The notes beneath the pieces are model-generated. The model was not told where the DNA came from. It did no database searches and worked only from the letters and a program-made list of their open reading frames with translations. A program made the position numbers and the translations under genes. Positions 32,212-42,533 of a DNA stretch of 64,000 nucleotides are shown here, one piece after another. The DNA is taken from contig CAKPKR010000001.1 in NCBI GenBank assembly GCA_934167465.1, positions 287,030 through 351,029 of the forward strand, read 5' to 3'. Positions within the stretch are counted from its first letter, which is position 1; each line of letters starts with the position of its first letter. Origin of the DNA: an uncultured Bacilli bacterium. Its GTDB lineage: Bacteria; Bacillota_I; Bacilli_A; RF39; UBA660.

Positions 32212-32694
32212 ATGCGAAAATTTGAAAAAATAAGTTTTGAACAATTTAAACTTGATGTAAAAGATGATGTAAATTTATATGATTCATATAATATTCCCAA
32301 AAGAAGTACTAAAAATAGTGCTGGATATGACTTTGAATCTTTATATGATTTTACACTTAAACCAAATGAAATTATTAAAATACCAACAGGTATTAAAGTT
32401 ACAATGAATTCAGATGAAGTTTTATTTATAATAGTTAGAAGTAGTATGGGTTTTAAATATAATGTTAGGCTTGTAAATCAAGTAGGAGTAATTAACAGTG
32501 ATTATTACAATAATTCTGATAATGAAGGACATATATTTATTAAATTACATAATCAAGGTAATAAAGATTATATTGTAAAAAAAGGTGAAAAAATATGTCA
32601 AGGAATATTTACAAAGTATTTGACGGTAGATAATGAAGAAAAAATAGAAAAAGAAAGAATTAGTGGATTTGGTTCTACTAGTAAGGAGGATTAA
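32212..32694 (+). CDS. dut: dUTP diphosphatase (homotrimeric dUTPase)
   Basis: All five motifs are present: SAGYDF, VRSSMG, GVINSDYYN, KICQGIF and RISGFGSTSK. Confidence 0.8.
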   Translation: MRKFEKISFEQFKLDVKDDVNLYDSYNIPKRSTKNSAGYDFESLYDFTLKPNEIIKIPTGIKVTMNSDEVLFIIVRSSMGFKYNVRLVNQVGVINSDYYNNSDNEGHIFIKLHNQGNKDYIVKKGEKICQGIFTKYLTVDNEEKIEKERISGFGSTSKED

Positions 32695-32695
32695 T

Positions 32696-34249
32696 ATGAA
32701 AGAAAAATTTTACATTTCAACAGCAATTGCTTATGCATCAAGTAAACCACATATTGGAAATACTTATGAAATAGTTTTAGCCGATGCTATAGCTCGTTAC
32801 AAAAGATTAACAGGTTATGATGTTTATTTCCAAACAGGTACTGATGAACACGGTCAAAAGATTGAACAAAAGGCTCTTGAACAAGGAAAACAACCTCAAG
32901 AATATGTTGATGAAATAGCTTTGGAAGTTAGAAAAATATGGGATGTTATGAATACAAGTTATGACAAATTTGTTAGAACTTCAAATCCAAATCATAAAGA
33001 AGTAGTTTCTAGAATATTTAAAAAATTATATGACCAAGGGGATATTTATAAAGGTAACTATGAAGGTTTATATTGCACACCTTGTGAATCATTTTGGACG
33101 GAATCTCAATTAGTAGATGGAAAATGTCCAGATTGTGGTAGAGAAGTTAAAGTAGCTAGTGAAGAAGCATATTTCTTTAAATTAAGTAACTACACTAAGA
33201 GATTAGAAGAATATATTGAATCACATCCTGATTTTATTCAACCTGAAAGTAGAAAAAATGAAATTATGAATAACTTTATAAAACCAGGGTTACAAGACCT
33301 TTGTGTATCTCGTACATCATTTGATTGGGGCGTTCCTGTTACATTTGATGATAAGCATATAATTTATGTTTGGATAGACGCTTTATCAAATTATATTACT
33401 TTCTTAGGATATGATGTTGATAATAGTTCAGATGAATTTAAAAAATATTGGCCTGCTGATATCCATTTGATAGGTAAAGATATTTTAAGATTTCACACCA
33501 TATATTGGCCAATTATGTTAATGGCTTTAGATTTACCAATGCCTAAAAAAATATTTGGTCATCCTTGGGTATTATTTGGTAATGATAAAATGAGTAAATC
33601 AAAGGGAAATATATTATATGCTGATGATTTAGTTAAAGAATTTGGTGTTGATGCTATTAGATATTATTTATTACATGAAATACCTTTTGCTAGTGATGGA
33701 ACTATTACTTATGAATTATTAATTGAAAGAATTAATTCTGATTTAGCAAATATTCTTGGTAATTTAGTCAATAGAACAATTTCAATGGCTCATAAATATT
33801 TTGATGGAATAGTTTATTTGCCTACTGAATTTGAAGATATTGATCAAGAATTAATTGATTTAGTTTTAAAAACACCAAGTATTGTTGAAGAAAAAATGAA
33901 TGATTTAAAGGTAGCAGAAGCAATTGATGCAATCTTTGATATATTTAGAAGATGTAATAAATATATTGATGAAACTATGCCTTGGGTTTTAGCAAAAGAT
34001 GAAACAAAACAAGAAAGATTAAAAACTGTACTATATAATTTATTAGAATCAATAAGAAGTGGAGCTACATTATTATATCCATTTTTGCCTGAAACATCAG
34101 ATAAAATTTTTAGTCAATTAAATACTAACAATAGGTCAGTTGAAAGCATTAATTTTAAGGGAATGGATGAAGGTATTAAATTAAATAATCCAGAACCTTT
34201 ATTTGCTAGAATTGACAAAGAAAAAAAATTATCTGAATTAAATGTGTAA
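32696..34249 (+). CDS. metG: methionine--tRNA ligase (lacks the C-terminal tRNA-binding domain)
   Basis: HIGN and KMSKS motifs, plus the zinc knuckle CTPCESF...CPDCGRE. The perfect RBS AAGGAGG 7 nt upstream of the ATG at 32696 is preferred over the ORF-track start at 32663, which overlaps dut. Confidence 0.93.
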   Translation: MKEKFYISTAIAYASSKPHIGNTYEIVLADAIARYKRLTGYDVYFQTGTDEHGQKIEQKALEQGKQPQEYVDEIALEVRKIWDVMNTSYDKFVRTSNPNHKEVVSRIFKKLYDQGDIYKGNYEGLYCTPCESFWTESQLVDGKCPDCGREVKVASEEAYFFKLSNYTKRLEEYIESHPDFIQPESRKNEIMNNFIKPGLQDLCVSRTSFDWGVPVTFDDKHIIYVWIDALSNYITFLGYDVDNSSDEFKKYWPADIHLIGKDILRFHTIYWPIMLMALDLPMPKKIFGHPWVLFGNDKMSKSKGNILYADDLVKEFGVDAIRYYLLHEIPFASDGTITYELLIERINSDLANILGNLVNRTISMAHKYFDGIVYLPTEFEDIDQELIDLVLKTPSIVEEKMNDLKVAEAIDAIFDIFRRCNKYIDETMPWVLAKDETKQERLKTVLYNLLESIRSGATLLYPFLPETSDKIFSQLNTNNRSVESINFKGMDEGIKLNNPEPLFARIDKEKKLSELNV

Positions 34250-34271
34250 AATGTTGTAAATTGTCGTACGA

Positions 34272-34300
34272 AAACTACAAAATTTGTTTGTAGTTTTTTT
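34272..34300 (+). terminator. metG terminator AACTACAAA-attt-TTTGTAGTT followed by T7
   Basis: Read directly. Confidence 0.55.
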
Positions 34301-34341
34301 GTCATTATGTTATTATATACCTAGTTAGAAAGGGAATTAAT

Positions 34342-34500
34342 ATGCCAAGTAAATTTAAAGAAGAGAAGTATATTATTATGGCACTACTTTTAGTACCCAT
34401 AATGATATTTGGCAGTTTGTTGGTAAAATTTAATATAATGGATGCTTTTTATTTATTAATAATTATAGTTTCTATTATATGGTATATAAGATGTGAGTAG
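34342..34500 (+). CDS. possible 52-aa small membrane protein (not in the ORF track)
   Basis: ATG after GAAAGGGAATTAAT. Translation MPSKFKEEKYIIMALLLVPIMIFGSLLVKFNIMDAFYLLIIIVSIIWYIRCE has two hydrophobic segments. Confidence 0.2.
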   Translation: MPSKFKEEKYIIMALLLVPIMIFGSLLVKFNIMDAFYLLIIIVSIIWYIRCE

Positions 34501-34542
34501 AAAATTATACTAGAAAATGGTATAATTTTTTTGGTGATAAAG

Positions 34543-35295
34543 ATGTTTATAGATACTCATTGTCATATATTCAAAGAATATTATGATAATATTACAGAAG
34601 TAATAAATGAAATGAAAGATAATATAATGATAGTAAGTGGTTACAATTCTAGTTCTAATAAAGAAGTAATTGAATTAGTTAATAAATATCCAAATGTTTA
34701 TGGAACAATTGGTTTACATCCAGAGGAAGTTAATAATATTTCCGAAAATGCTTTTGATTTTATCATAGAAAATATTAATAATCCAAAAATAGTAGGCATT
34801 GGTGAAATAGGTTTGGATTACCATTATGTAAGTGATAATAAAGAATTACAAAAAGATATTTTTATTAAACAAATGAATATAGCTAGAAAATATAATAAAA
34901 CAGTTGTAATTCATAGTAGGAATGCAATATTAGACACTGTAAATATTATTAAAGAATATCAAGATTTGAAAATAGTTATGCATTGTTATAGTTCTAGTTT
35001 AGAGGTAGCAAGAGATTTAATTAAAATGAATGTAAAGCTAGGAATAGGAGGGGTTGTTACTTTTAAAAATGGTGTAAAATTAAAAGAAGTTGTCCAAAAT
35101 GTACCAATAGAAAATTTATTATTAGAAACAGATAGTCCATATATGTCTCCAGAACCATTAAGAGGAAAACAAAATAAACCTTATAATTGTTATTTGATTG
35201 CGAAGAAAATAGCTGAATTAAAGGGTATTTCTTTAGAAAGTGTATTAAAAATTACTACTTCTAATGCAATTAGTCAATTTGACTTGAAGTTATAA
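34543..35295 (+). CDS. tatD: TatD-family metal-dependent DNase/hydrolase
   Basis: DTHCH...GEIGLDYH...HSR...HCY...ETDSPY. The ATG at 34543 after GGTGA is preferred over the TTG start of the ORF track. Confidence 0.9.
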   Translation: MFIDTHCHIFKEYYDNITEVINEMKDNIMIVSGYNSSSNKEVIELVNKYPNVYGTIGLHPEEVNNISENAFDFIIENINNPKIVGIGEIGLDYHYVSDNKELQKDIFIKQMNIARKYNKTVVIHSRNAILDTVNIIKEYQDLKIVMHCYSSSLEVARDLIKMNVKLGIGGVVTFKNGVKLKEVVQNVPIENLLLETDSPYMSPEPLRGKQNKPYNCYLIAKKIAELKGISLESVLKITTSNAISQFDLKL

Positions 35296-35330
35296 GTTTG
35301 TTAAAATTATATGTAGACGAGGTGAATGGA

Positions 35331-36038
35331 ATGAATATATTATTATTAGAGTTTGCTCGTAAATTATTAAGTTTACTAGTAATATCTTTTATGTCATTAT
35401 TCAATCTTGGAAATTACAATGAAGTTGAGTTAAAAACAGATAATTTAATAAAAGATACAAGTATAATAAGTTCAGTTACTAATTATAAAACAGTTTATAA
35501 ATATAATTCAAAATTACCAAATAATGTTAAGAAAGTTATAACTCCAGGTGTTAATGAAGTAGCATATAAGACTAGTGAAAATGAAACTGTTCAAGTTATT
35601 CAAGAAAAAGTAGATGAAGTGGTCGAAGTAGGAACCGGTAGAAATGGTAATTATACTGGTAAATTATCAGGATATGGTCCAGATTGTGTAGGTTGTACAG
35701 GAACTGGTAATTTAGCTTGTAAAACAAGAGAAAAGAAAACACACAGTTTAGTTAATGATGGAATTTATTATGAGGATACTGAATTTGGTAAAGTTAGAAT
35801 AGTAGCAGCCGCCTTAAAAGGTTTTCCTTGTGGAACTATTATTCAAATTACTAAACCTGGTAAAGATTCTTTTACTGCTATTGTATTGGATACTGGTGCA
35901 TCAATGGCTAATTCTTGGGCTCAAGGTAAAGTGTGGATGGATCTAGCATATCCAACTCAAAAGGATAAGACAGTATTTGGTGCTGACGGACTTACTGGCA
36001 ATAATATTAATTTTAGTGTACAAAGATGGGGCTGGTAG
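35331..36038 (+). CDS. 3D-domain (RlpA-like DPBB) cell-wall protein, YabE-like
   Basis: C-terminal 3D motif GTIIQITKPGKDSFTAIVLDTG...VWMDLAY. N-terminal TM anchor. Start set at the ATG at 35331 (RBS GAGGTGA). Confidence 0.7.
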   Translation: MNILLLEFARKLLSLLVISFMSLFNLGNYNEVELKTDNLIKDTSIISSVTNYKTVYKYNSKLPNNVKKVITPGVNEVAYKTSENETVQVIQEKVDEVVEVGTGRNGNYTGKLSGYGPDCVGCTGTGNLACKTREKKTHSLVNDGIYYEDTEFGKVRIVAAALKGFPCGTIIQITKPGKDSFTAIVLDTGASMANSWAQGKVWMDLAYPTQKDKTVFGADGLTGNNINFSVQRWGW

Positions 36039-36451
36039 TCCCATTTTTTGTTAATAAATAGGAAATATCCAAAAAGATTTAAGCGAATATTATATAAATA
36101 GGAGTGAATTTATTTCTAAAATATTTTTAAGATTATATGGTAAAGAAAATGATATATACATTTATTCAAAATATTATAAGGAAATTGAAAACATAGATAG
36201 AATATTATTTGAACAATTAAAAGAATTATTAACAAATGATCCATCACTATATATTAATGCATCTGACATAATAAAAGAAAATAAATTAATTCAAGATTAT
36301 GTTGTTTCACTTGATTCAAGAATGAGTGCCTATATTAAATAATGAATATAATAAATTAACTTACGTTTACTATACAAAGATAGTACTATGATTACTATCT
36401 TTTTCTTGTTTTATAAGGATTCTTTTAGTATAATTAAAGAGAGGTGGCATT

Positions 36452-37294
36452 ATGAACTATTCTCCAAAAAAAATGAATGAATTACTAGAAAAAAATGAAT
36501 TCAACTTCAAAAAGAAGTTTGGACAAAATTTCATAATAGATGAAAATATCATAAATAATATAGTAACAAAAGCAAATGTAGATAAAGATACATTAGTAAT
36601 AGAAATAGGTCCAGGTGCTGGATCACTAACATATTTTTTGGCTAAATTTGCAAAAAATGTATTATGTTATGAAATAGATACAACATTAAAAGAAATACTA
36701 AGAGATAATTTAAAAGAATATGACAATGTTGAAGTAATCTATAATGATTTTTTGAAAGTAAATGTGTTAGATGATATAAAAAAATATGAATATAAAAAAT
36801 TATATGTGATTGCGAATCTACCATATTATATTACAACACCTATAATAATTAAATTAATTGAAGATGATATCAATGTTGATAAAATAGTTGTAATGGTTCA
36901 AAAAGAAGTAGGCGATAGATTTAAAGCTGTTCCAGGAACAAAGGATTATAGTTCATTATCGGTATTTTTAAGTTATTATTATAATATTAAAAAAATAATG
37001 GATGTTAGTAAAAATGTATTTATTCCAAAACCTAATGTTGATAGTATTGTAGTAGAATTTAATAAGAAAGAAAAAAAATTAAATGTTATGGATGAACAAT
37101 TATTTTTCAAATTAATTAAAGATAGTTTTGAATTTAAAAGAAAGACCTTAAAAAATAATTTAAAAAATTATGATTTAGAAAAAATAGATAAAGTGTTAAA
37201 AAAACACAAATTAGATTTAAGCGTTAGAGCTGAACAAATATCATTAGAATTGTTTGTTGAAATAGCAAATGGATTAGGAGGACAAAATGGATAG
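36452..37294 (+). CDS. rsmA: 16S rRNA (adenine1518/1519-N6)-dimethyltransferase RsmA/KsgA
   Basis: FGQNFI...IEIGPGAGSLT...NLPY motifs. Confidence 0.95.
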   Translation: MNYSPKKMNELLEKNEFNFKKKFGQNFIIDENIINNIVTKANVDKDTLVIEIGPGAGSLTYFLAKFAKNVLCYEIDTTLKEILRDNLKEYDNVEVIYNDFLKVNVLDDIKKYEYKKLYVIANLPYYITTPIIIKLIEDDINVDKIVVMVQKEVGDRFKAVPGTKDYSSLSVFLSYYYNIKKIMDVSKNVFIPKPNVDSIVVEFNKKEKKLNVMDEQLFFKLIKDSFEFKRKTLKNNLKNYDLEKIDKVLKKHKLDLSVRAEQISLELFVEIANGLGGQNG

Positions 37295-37646
37295 AGTTGA
37301 AGACGAATTTGATAAAATGTTAGATGATTTAAATGCCGTAAATGATGATTTTGTTAATAATTATTTTGAAGAAGATAAAGTAGATGACATTAAAAAAGAA
37401 ATATTAGAAAATGAAAATATAGATAATTCCGATTCAAATAAAGTAGAACAAACATCAAATGAAAAAGATGAACCATTACTTGAGGAAAAACCTAAAACAT
37501 TTTCTTATAATGAGATATTAGATAGATTAGATAAAAAAGAAAAGATAGATTTAAATAATACTAATGATATCTTGGAGTTGATAGAAACAACAAATAGTTC
37601 TACTGAATTCTTTAAAAAAATAGAAGAGGCAGAAAATGATAAATAA
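37287..37646 (+). CDS. hypothetical acidic low-complexity protein (119 aa)
   Basis: D/E/N-rich. Start overlaps the rsmA stop. Confidence 0.4.
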   Translation: MDRVEDEFDKMLDDLNAVNDDFVNNYFEEDKVDDIKKEILENENIDNSDSNKVEQTSNEKDEPLLEEKPKTFSYNEILDRLDKKEKIDLNNTNDILELIETTNSSTEFFKKIEEAENDK

Positions 37647-38286
37647 AAAGTGGGATGTTGTTTTAGAACCAGAATTTAAAAAAGACTATTTTAAAAAATT
37701 AGGTGTATTTGTTAAAAGTGAATATAACAAGAAAATAATATATCCTGAATATAAAAATATATTTAATGCTTTAAGATATACTGACTTTGATGATGTAAAA
37801 GTTGTTATATTAGGTCAAGATCCATATCATGGTGAAAATGAAGCTCACGGTTTATCATTTTCTGTTAGGAAAGGTACTCCAATGCCACCATCATTAAGAA
37901 ATATATTTAAAGAATTATATGATGATATTGGAGTAAAAAGAACAGAAACAGATTTAACAAGTTGGGCAAAAGAAGGAGTATTACTTTTAAATTCAATTAT
38001 GACAGTTGTTAAAGATAGACCTCTTTCACATAAAGACAAAGGTTGGGAAATATTTACAGATAGAATAATAGAATTGTTAGGTGAACGAGAAAAACCTTTA
38101 GTATTTATTTTATGGGGAAGTTATGCTAGAAGTAAAAAAGAACTAATAAAAAATAAAAAACATCTTATATTGGAAAGTGTTCATCCAAGTCCTTTATCAG
38201 CAAATCGTGGTTTTTTTGGAAGTAAACCTTTTTCTAAAACAAATACCTTTTTAAAGAAAAATAATATAGAAGAAATTAAATGGTAG
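37636..38286 (+). CDS. ung: uracil-DNA glycosylase
   Basis: GQDPYH water-activating loop. HPSPLS motif near the C-terminus. Confidence 0.95.
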   Translation: MINKKWDVVLEPEFKKDYFKKLGVFVKSEYNKKIIYPEYKNIFNALRYTDFDDVKVVILGQDPYHGENEAHGLSFSVRKGTPMPPSLRNIFKELYDDIGVKRTETDLTSWAKEGVLLLNSIMTVVKDRPLSHKDKGWEIFTDRIIELLGEREKPLVFILWGSYARSKKELIKNKKHLILESVHPSPLSANRGFFGSKPFSKTNTFLKKNNIEEIKW

Positions 38287-39198
38287 GTGAACTATATGTC
38301 TTTTACAAGTATTGTTAAAAATGAAATAAGTAAATTAGATACAATTGAAACAGAAAATATATCTGAACTTTCAGCAATTATTCGAACAATTGGAAATATT
38401 AATAATAATATAAATATTACAACTGAAAATGCAAGTGTAGCTAGAAGAATATTTAACTTAGTAAAAGAAATATATAATATCAATCCTAAAGTAATAGTTC
38501 GTAGAGGATACAATTTTAATAAAAATTATATCTATATATTGGAAATAAATAATAAAATAAATTACATAATTAATGATTTATCAATAAATACGAATATTCC
38601 AAAAGAATATATATATGCAGATACCGACTTAAAAAGAGCATATTTAAGAGGTGTTTTTTTAGGAAGTGCAAGTATAAATGACCCAAAAAAATCAAGATAT
38701 CATTTAGAATTCGTTGTTGACAATGAAGAATATGCTTCATTTGTTTCAAGTTTATTAAACGAATATAATTTAAATAGTAAGATATTAAAACGAGAAAATA
38801 AATATATGATATATATGAAAGAAGCCGAAAAAATAGGTGATTTTTTAAGAATAATGGGTGCTATAAATTCTTTATTCTATTATGAGGATATAAGAATTTA
38901 TAGAGATCATAAAAATATGACAAATAGGCTTAACAATTGTGAACAGGCAAATGTTGACAAAATGATAGAAACAGCTAATAAACAAATAAATGAAATAAAT
39001 AAAATAATATCAATTGGTGGTTTAGATTTATTAGATGAAAAAACAAAAGAAGCTGCTACTTATAGATTAAAGTATCCAGAAGTATCATTGACAGAGTTAA
39101 GTGAAATTATAACATTGGAAACTGGTTCGTCAATAACTAAATCAGGATTACATCATAGATTTAAGAAAATAGAAGAATTAGCAAGCAAAATTAAATAG
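38287..39198 (+). CDS. whiA: DNA-binding protein WhiA
   Basis: LAGLIDADG-like N-terminal domain and C-terminal HTH. Start is either GTG 38287 or ATG 38296. Confidence 0.85.
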   Translation: MNYMSFTSIVKNEISKLDTIETENISELSAIIRTIGNINNNINITTENASVARRIFNLVKEIYNINPKVIVRRGYNFNKNYIYILEINNKINYIINDLSINTNIPKEYIYADTDLKRAYLRGVFLGSASINDPKKSRYHLEFVVDNEEYASFVSSLLNEYNLNSKILKRENKYMIYMKEAEKIGDFLRIMGAINSLFYYEDIRIYRDHKNMTNRLNNCEQANVDKMIETANKQINEINKIISIGGLDLLDEKTKEAATYRLKYPEVSLTELSEIITLETGSSITKSGLHHRFKKIEELASKIK

Positions 39199-39283
39199 TT
39201 TAATAACTATTTTTTTCTTTAACTAAAGACAAGATTGGAAATTTATAGTATAATAATATTATGATTTTTAACGAGGTGATAAA

Positions 39284-39727
39284 ATGAAAGTTATATTTTT
39301 AAAAGATGTAAAAGGCCAAGGAAAAAAGAATGAAATAAAAGAAGTAAAAGATGGTTATGCTAAAAACTTTTTAATTAAAAATGGTTATGCAATTCAAGCA
39401 ACGAGTGCAAACACTTCTAAAGTTCAAAAACAAGTATCAGAAGAGGCTTTAGAAGAAAATTTATTAATAAAAGATTTAGAAGTATTAAAATCTAAATTAC
39501 AAAAAGAAAAAATAGTATTTAAAGTTCAAACTGGAAAAAATGAAATGATGTTTGGAAAAATATCAACAAAACAAATAAAAGAAAAACTAAATGAGTTAGG
39601 ATATAAAATAGATAAAACGATGATTAAATTAGATCACGATATAGTAAGTTTAGGAACTCATAATATTGAAATTGAATTACACAAGAAAGTAATTGCAACA
39701 GTTAAAATTAATGTTGTAAAGGAGTGA
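39284..39727 (+). CDS. rplI: 50S ribosomal protein L9
   Basis: [30 protein letters not shown]. Confidence 0.95.
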   Translation: MKVIFLKDVKGQGKKNEIKEVKDGYAKNFLIKNGYAIQATSANTSKVQKQVSEEALEENLLIKDLEVLKSKLQKEKIVFKVQTGKNEMMFGKISTKQIKEKLNELGYKIDKTMIKLDHDIVSLGTHNIEIELHKKVIATVKINVVKE

Positions 39728-39731
39728 TAAA

Positions 39732-41075
39732 ATGAATGAAAAAATAATTCCACATAGTATAGAAGCAGAACAATCAGTATTAGGTTCAATGTTTCTATCA
39801 AAATATGCTTTACAAAAAGCATTAGAGGAATTAAATAAAGATTTATTTTATTTAGAATCCCATGGAAAGATATTTGAAGTAATAAACGATTTATATGAAA
39901 GTGGTAGTGCCATAGATGTTACTACAGTTACTTCAGAATTAGATAAAAGAAATTTATTAAAACAAATAGGAAATGTTGAATATATAAGTGAAATAGTTAA
40001 TAGTGTTGTATCTGCTGCCAATATAGATGATTATATAAGAATAGTAGAAGAAAAAGCAATAAGAAGAAGATTAATTGAAACATCATTAGAAATAGAAAAA
40101 GCGGGATATTCATCTCCAGATTCAATTAATGAATTATTAGATAATGCTGAAAAGAAAATGTTAAATGTAGTTAAAACAAGAAAAGGAACAGAATTTAGAA
40201 AAATTCAAGATGTTTTAACAACTACACAAGAAAATATTGAAAAATTATCATTGAATGGTGGCGATGTTACTGGATTATCAACAGGATTTGATGAAATTGA
40301 TAAAAAAACATCAGGCTTACACGCAAATGAATTAATAATAATCGCCGCTCGTCCAGCAATGGGAAAAACGGCTTTTGCTGTTAATTTAGCAACTAATGTA
40401 GCTATAAGAAATAATAAAACAGTAGCACTTTTTAATATGGAAATGAGTGCTGAACAATTAGTAACTCGTATGATGGCTGCCGAAGGGCAAATTAGTCAAT
40501 CTAAATTAAAAACAGGTAATTTAGGAAAAAATGATTGGAAACAATTAGATGAAGCTGTAACTAGATTAGCTGATACAAAAATATTTATAGACGATACTCC
40601 AGGTATGACAATTGCTGAAATAAGAGCAAAATGTCGTCGTTTAGCTTCTACAGATGGAAATTTAGGACTAATTATAATCGATTATTTACAATTAATATCT
40701 GGTTCTGCTAGATATGCAGGAAATAGACAACAAGAAATAGCTGAGATATCAAGAGCTCTTAAGACTTTAGCAATGGAATTAGAAATTCCAATTGTCGCTT
40801 TAGCGCAACTTTCTCGTGGTGTTGAACAAAGGGAAGATAAACGACCTCTATTAAGTGATTTAAGGGAATCAGGATCTATCGAACAAGATGCCGATATAGT
40901 AGCATTCCTTTATCGTGATGATTATTATACTAAAAAAATAGAAATAGATGAATTTACTAGTAAGAGTGAATTTATTATGGCTAAAAACCGTAGTGGTTCT
41001 ACTTGTACAATTGATTTAATATTTAAAAGAGATATTAGTAAATTTGAAGGATATATAAATGAAATTGGTGATTAG
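39732..41075 (+). CDS. dnaB: replicative DNA helicase (DnaB family)
   Basis: Walker A AARPAMGKT, with H2/H3/H4 motifs. Sits downstream of rplI. Confidence 0.95.
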   Translation: MNEKIIPHSIEAEQSVLGSMFLSKYALQKALEELNKDLFYLESHGKIFEVINDLYESGSAIDVTTVTSELDKRNLLKQIGNVEYISEIVNSVVSAANIDDYIRIVEEKAIRRRLIETSLEIEKAGYSSPDSINELLDNAEKKMLNVVKTRKGTEFRKIQDVLTTTQENIEKLSLNGGDVTGLSTGFDEIDKKTSGLHANELIIIAARPAMGKTAFAVNLATNVAIRNNKTVALFNMEMSAEQLVTRMMAAEGQISQSKLKTGNLGKNDWKQLDEAVTRLADTKIFIDDTPGMTIAEIRAKCRRLASTDGNLGLIIIDYLQLISGSARYAGNRQQEIAEISRALKTLAMELEIPIVALAQLSRGVEQREDKRPLLSDLRESGSIEQDADIVAFLYRDDYYTKKIEIDEFTSKSEFIMAKNRSGSTCTIDLIFKRDISKFEGYINEIGD

Positions 41076-42533
41076 ATGAAAAAGGGTTTGACAATTATTT
41101 TAATAATTATAGTAACTCTCTCAATCTCTTATTTAAGTTTAGGTTTTAAAAAAAGAATAGAACCAAATGCTTATTATCAAGTATACTTAAATAATGAGGT
41201 CTTAGGAGTTATTAAAGATGAAGAAGAATTAAATAAATATATTGATAAAAAAAATATCGAATATAAAAAACAATTTGGTGTAAAAAAAGTATATGCTCCA
41301 AAAGGTTTAATAATCAAAAAAATTGAAACTTATAATGGAACAACAACATCTATAAAAGAAATTTATAAAAAAATCGAAAAGAAAGAACCTTTTACAATTG
41401 AAGGATATCAATTCAATTTGAAAAAAGAAGATGAAACATTGACAATATATACTTTGTCAAAAACAATATTTGAGGAAGCAATTACTAATACAATAAATAC
41501 TTTTGTTGGAAAAGATGTCTACACAAATTATTTAGAAGAAGTTCAAGAAAAGATAGAAACAACAGGTACAATTGTTGAAAATGTTTATGTTGAAGAAAAT
41601 ATTACGATTAAGAAAACAAATATTCCTGTAACGGAAACAATTTATACTAATTCAGCTGATTTATCAAAATATTTGTTATTTGGTACGACTGAAGATCAAA
41701 AGAAATATACTGTTAAAGTAGGAGATACAATAGCTGATGTTGCATTTAATAATGAGATTTCAGTAGCTGAATTTTTAATTTCAAATCCAACTTTTACTAA
41801 TGAACATAATTTGTTATTTCCAGGTCAAGAAGTAACAATTGGAATTACTGATCCAAAAATATCTATTGTTATGGAAGAATATGTAGTAAAAGATCAAAAA
41901 GTTAACTATCAAACTGAAGTTCAATATGATGAAAATATGGTTGTTGGTGATTACAATGTTATTCAAGAAGGTGTTGACGGTTTAGAGAGAGTTTCTCAAA
42001 GAATTAAATATGTAAATGGTGAGGTAGCTTATGTTGATCCAATAGCTAAAGAAGAATTAGAACCTACAATTAATAAAGTTGTTATTGAAGGTAAAAAATA
42101 TGTTAGTACTGTTGGTTCTACTAGAAACTGGGCTTGGCCAACAAATAGTGGATATATGATATCATCAGATTATGTATATCGTATTAATCCAATTACAGGT
42201 GGTCGTGAGTTACATGCTGCTATAGATATTGCCGGTACAGGAACAGGTTCTCCTATATATGCGGCAACAAATGGTGTTGTTAGTGAATCAAGTTACAGGT
42301 ATCAAGATGGTAATTATGTATGTATAAATCATAACAATGGATATTATACTTGCTATGCACATATGTCTAGAAGAAATGCAACAGTAGGACAAACTGTTTC
42401 TAGAGGTCAAGTTATAGGATATGTCGGTATGACAGGTTGGGCAACAGGACCACACGTTCACTTTGAAGTATGGATAGGAAGACCATGGATGGGTGGATAT
42501 CGAATAAATCCATGGACAATGTTAAATAGATAA
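41076..42533 (+). CDS. membrane-anchored M23-family metallopeptidase with LysM/G5-like middle domains
   Basis: C-terminal HAAIDIAG...CINHNNGYYTCYAHMS...GMTGWATGPHVHFEV. Confidence 0.75.
   Translation: MKKGLTIILIIIVTLSISYLSLGFKKRIEPNAYYQVYLNNEVLGVIKDEEELNKYIDKKNIEYKKQFGVKKVYAPKGLIIKKIETYNGTTTSIKEIYKKIEKKEPFTIEGYQFNLKKEDETLTIYTLSKTIFEEAITNTINTFVGKDVYTNYLEEVQEKIETTGTIVENVYVEENITIKKTNIPVTETIYTNSADLSKYLLFGTTEDQKKYTVKVGDTIADVAFNNEISVAEFLISNPTFTNEHNLLFPGQEVTIGITDPKISIVMEEYVVKDQKVNYQTEVQYDENMVVGDYNVIQEGVDGLERVSQRIKYVNGEVAYVDPIAKEELEPTINKVVIEGKKYVSTVGSTRNWAWPTNSGYMISSDYVYRINPITGGRELHAAIDIAGTGTGSPIYAATNGVVSESSYRYQDGNYVCINHNNGYYTCYAHMSRRNATVGQTVSRGQVIGYVGMTGWATGPHVHFEVWIGRPWMGGYRINPWTMLNR

Noticed and set aside
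32663-32695. Upstream in-frame ATG starts given by the ORF track for metG (32663), tatD (34531), rpmE (48173), typA (59980), tadA (19538), cotJB (63359), nuclease (59207), the Gly-rich gene (4891), mnmE (7198) and mnmG (3731)
   Set aside because: Each extended start overlaps the upstream gene or lacks an SD. A downstream ATG or GTG with a well-spaced GGAGG/GGTGA SD and the canonical protein N-terminus was chosen instead.
36105-36340. About 75-codon open frame in the 3D-domain-to-rsmA spacer (…LRLYGKENDIYIYSKYYKEIENIDRILFEQLKELLTNDPSLYINASDIIKENKLIQDYVVSLDSRMSAYIK)
   Set aside because: No ATG, GTG or TTG start in frame after the upstream stop and no SD. It may be a decayed gene remnant, but this cannot be supported from sequence alone.
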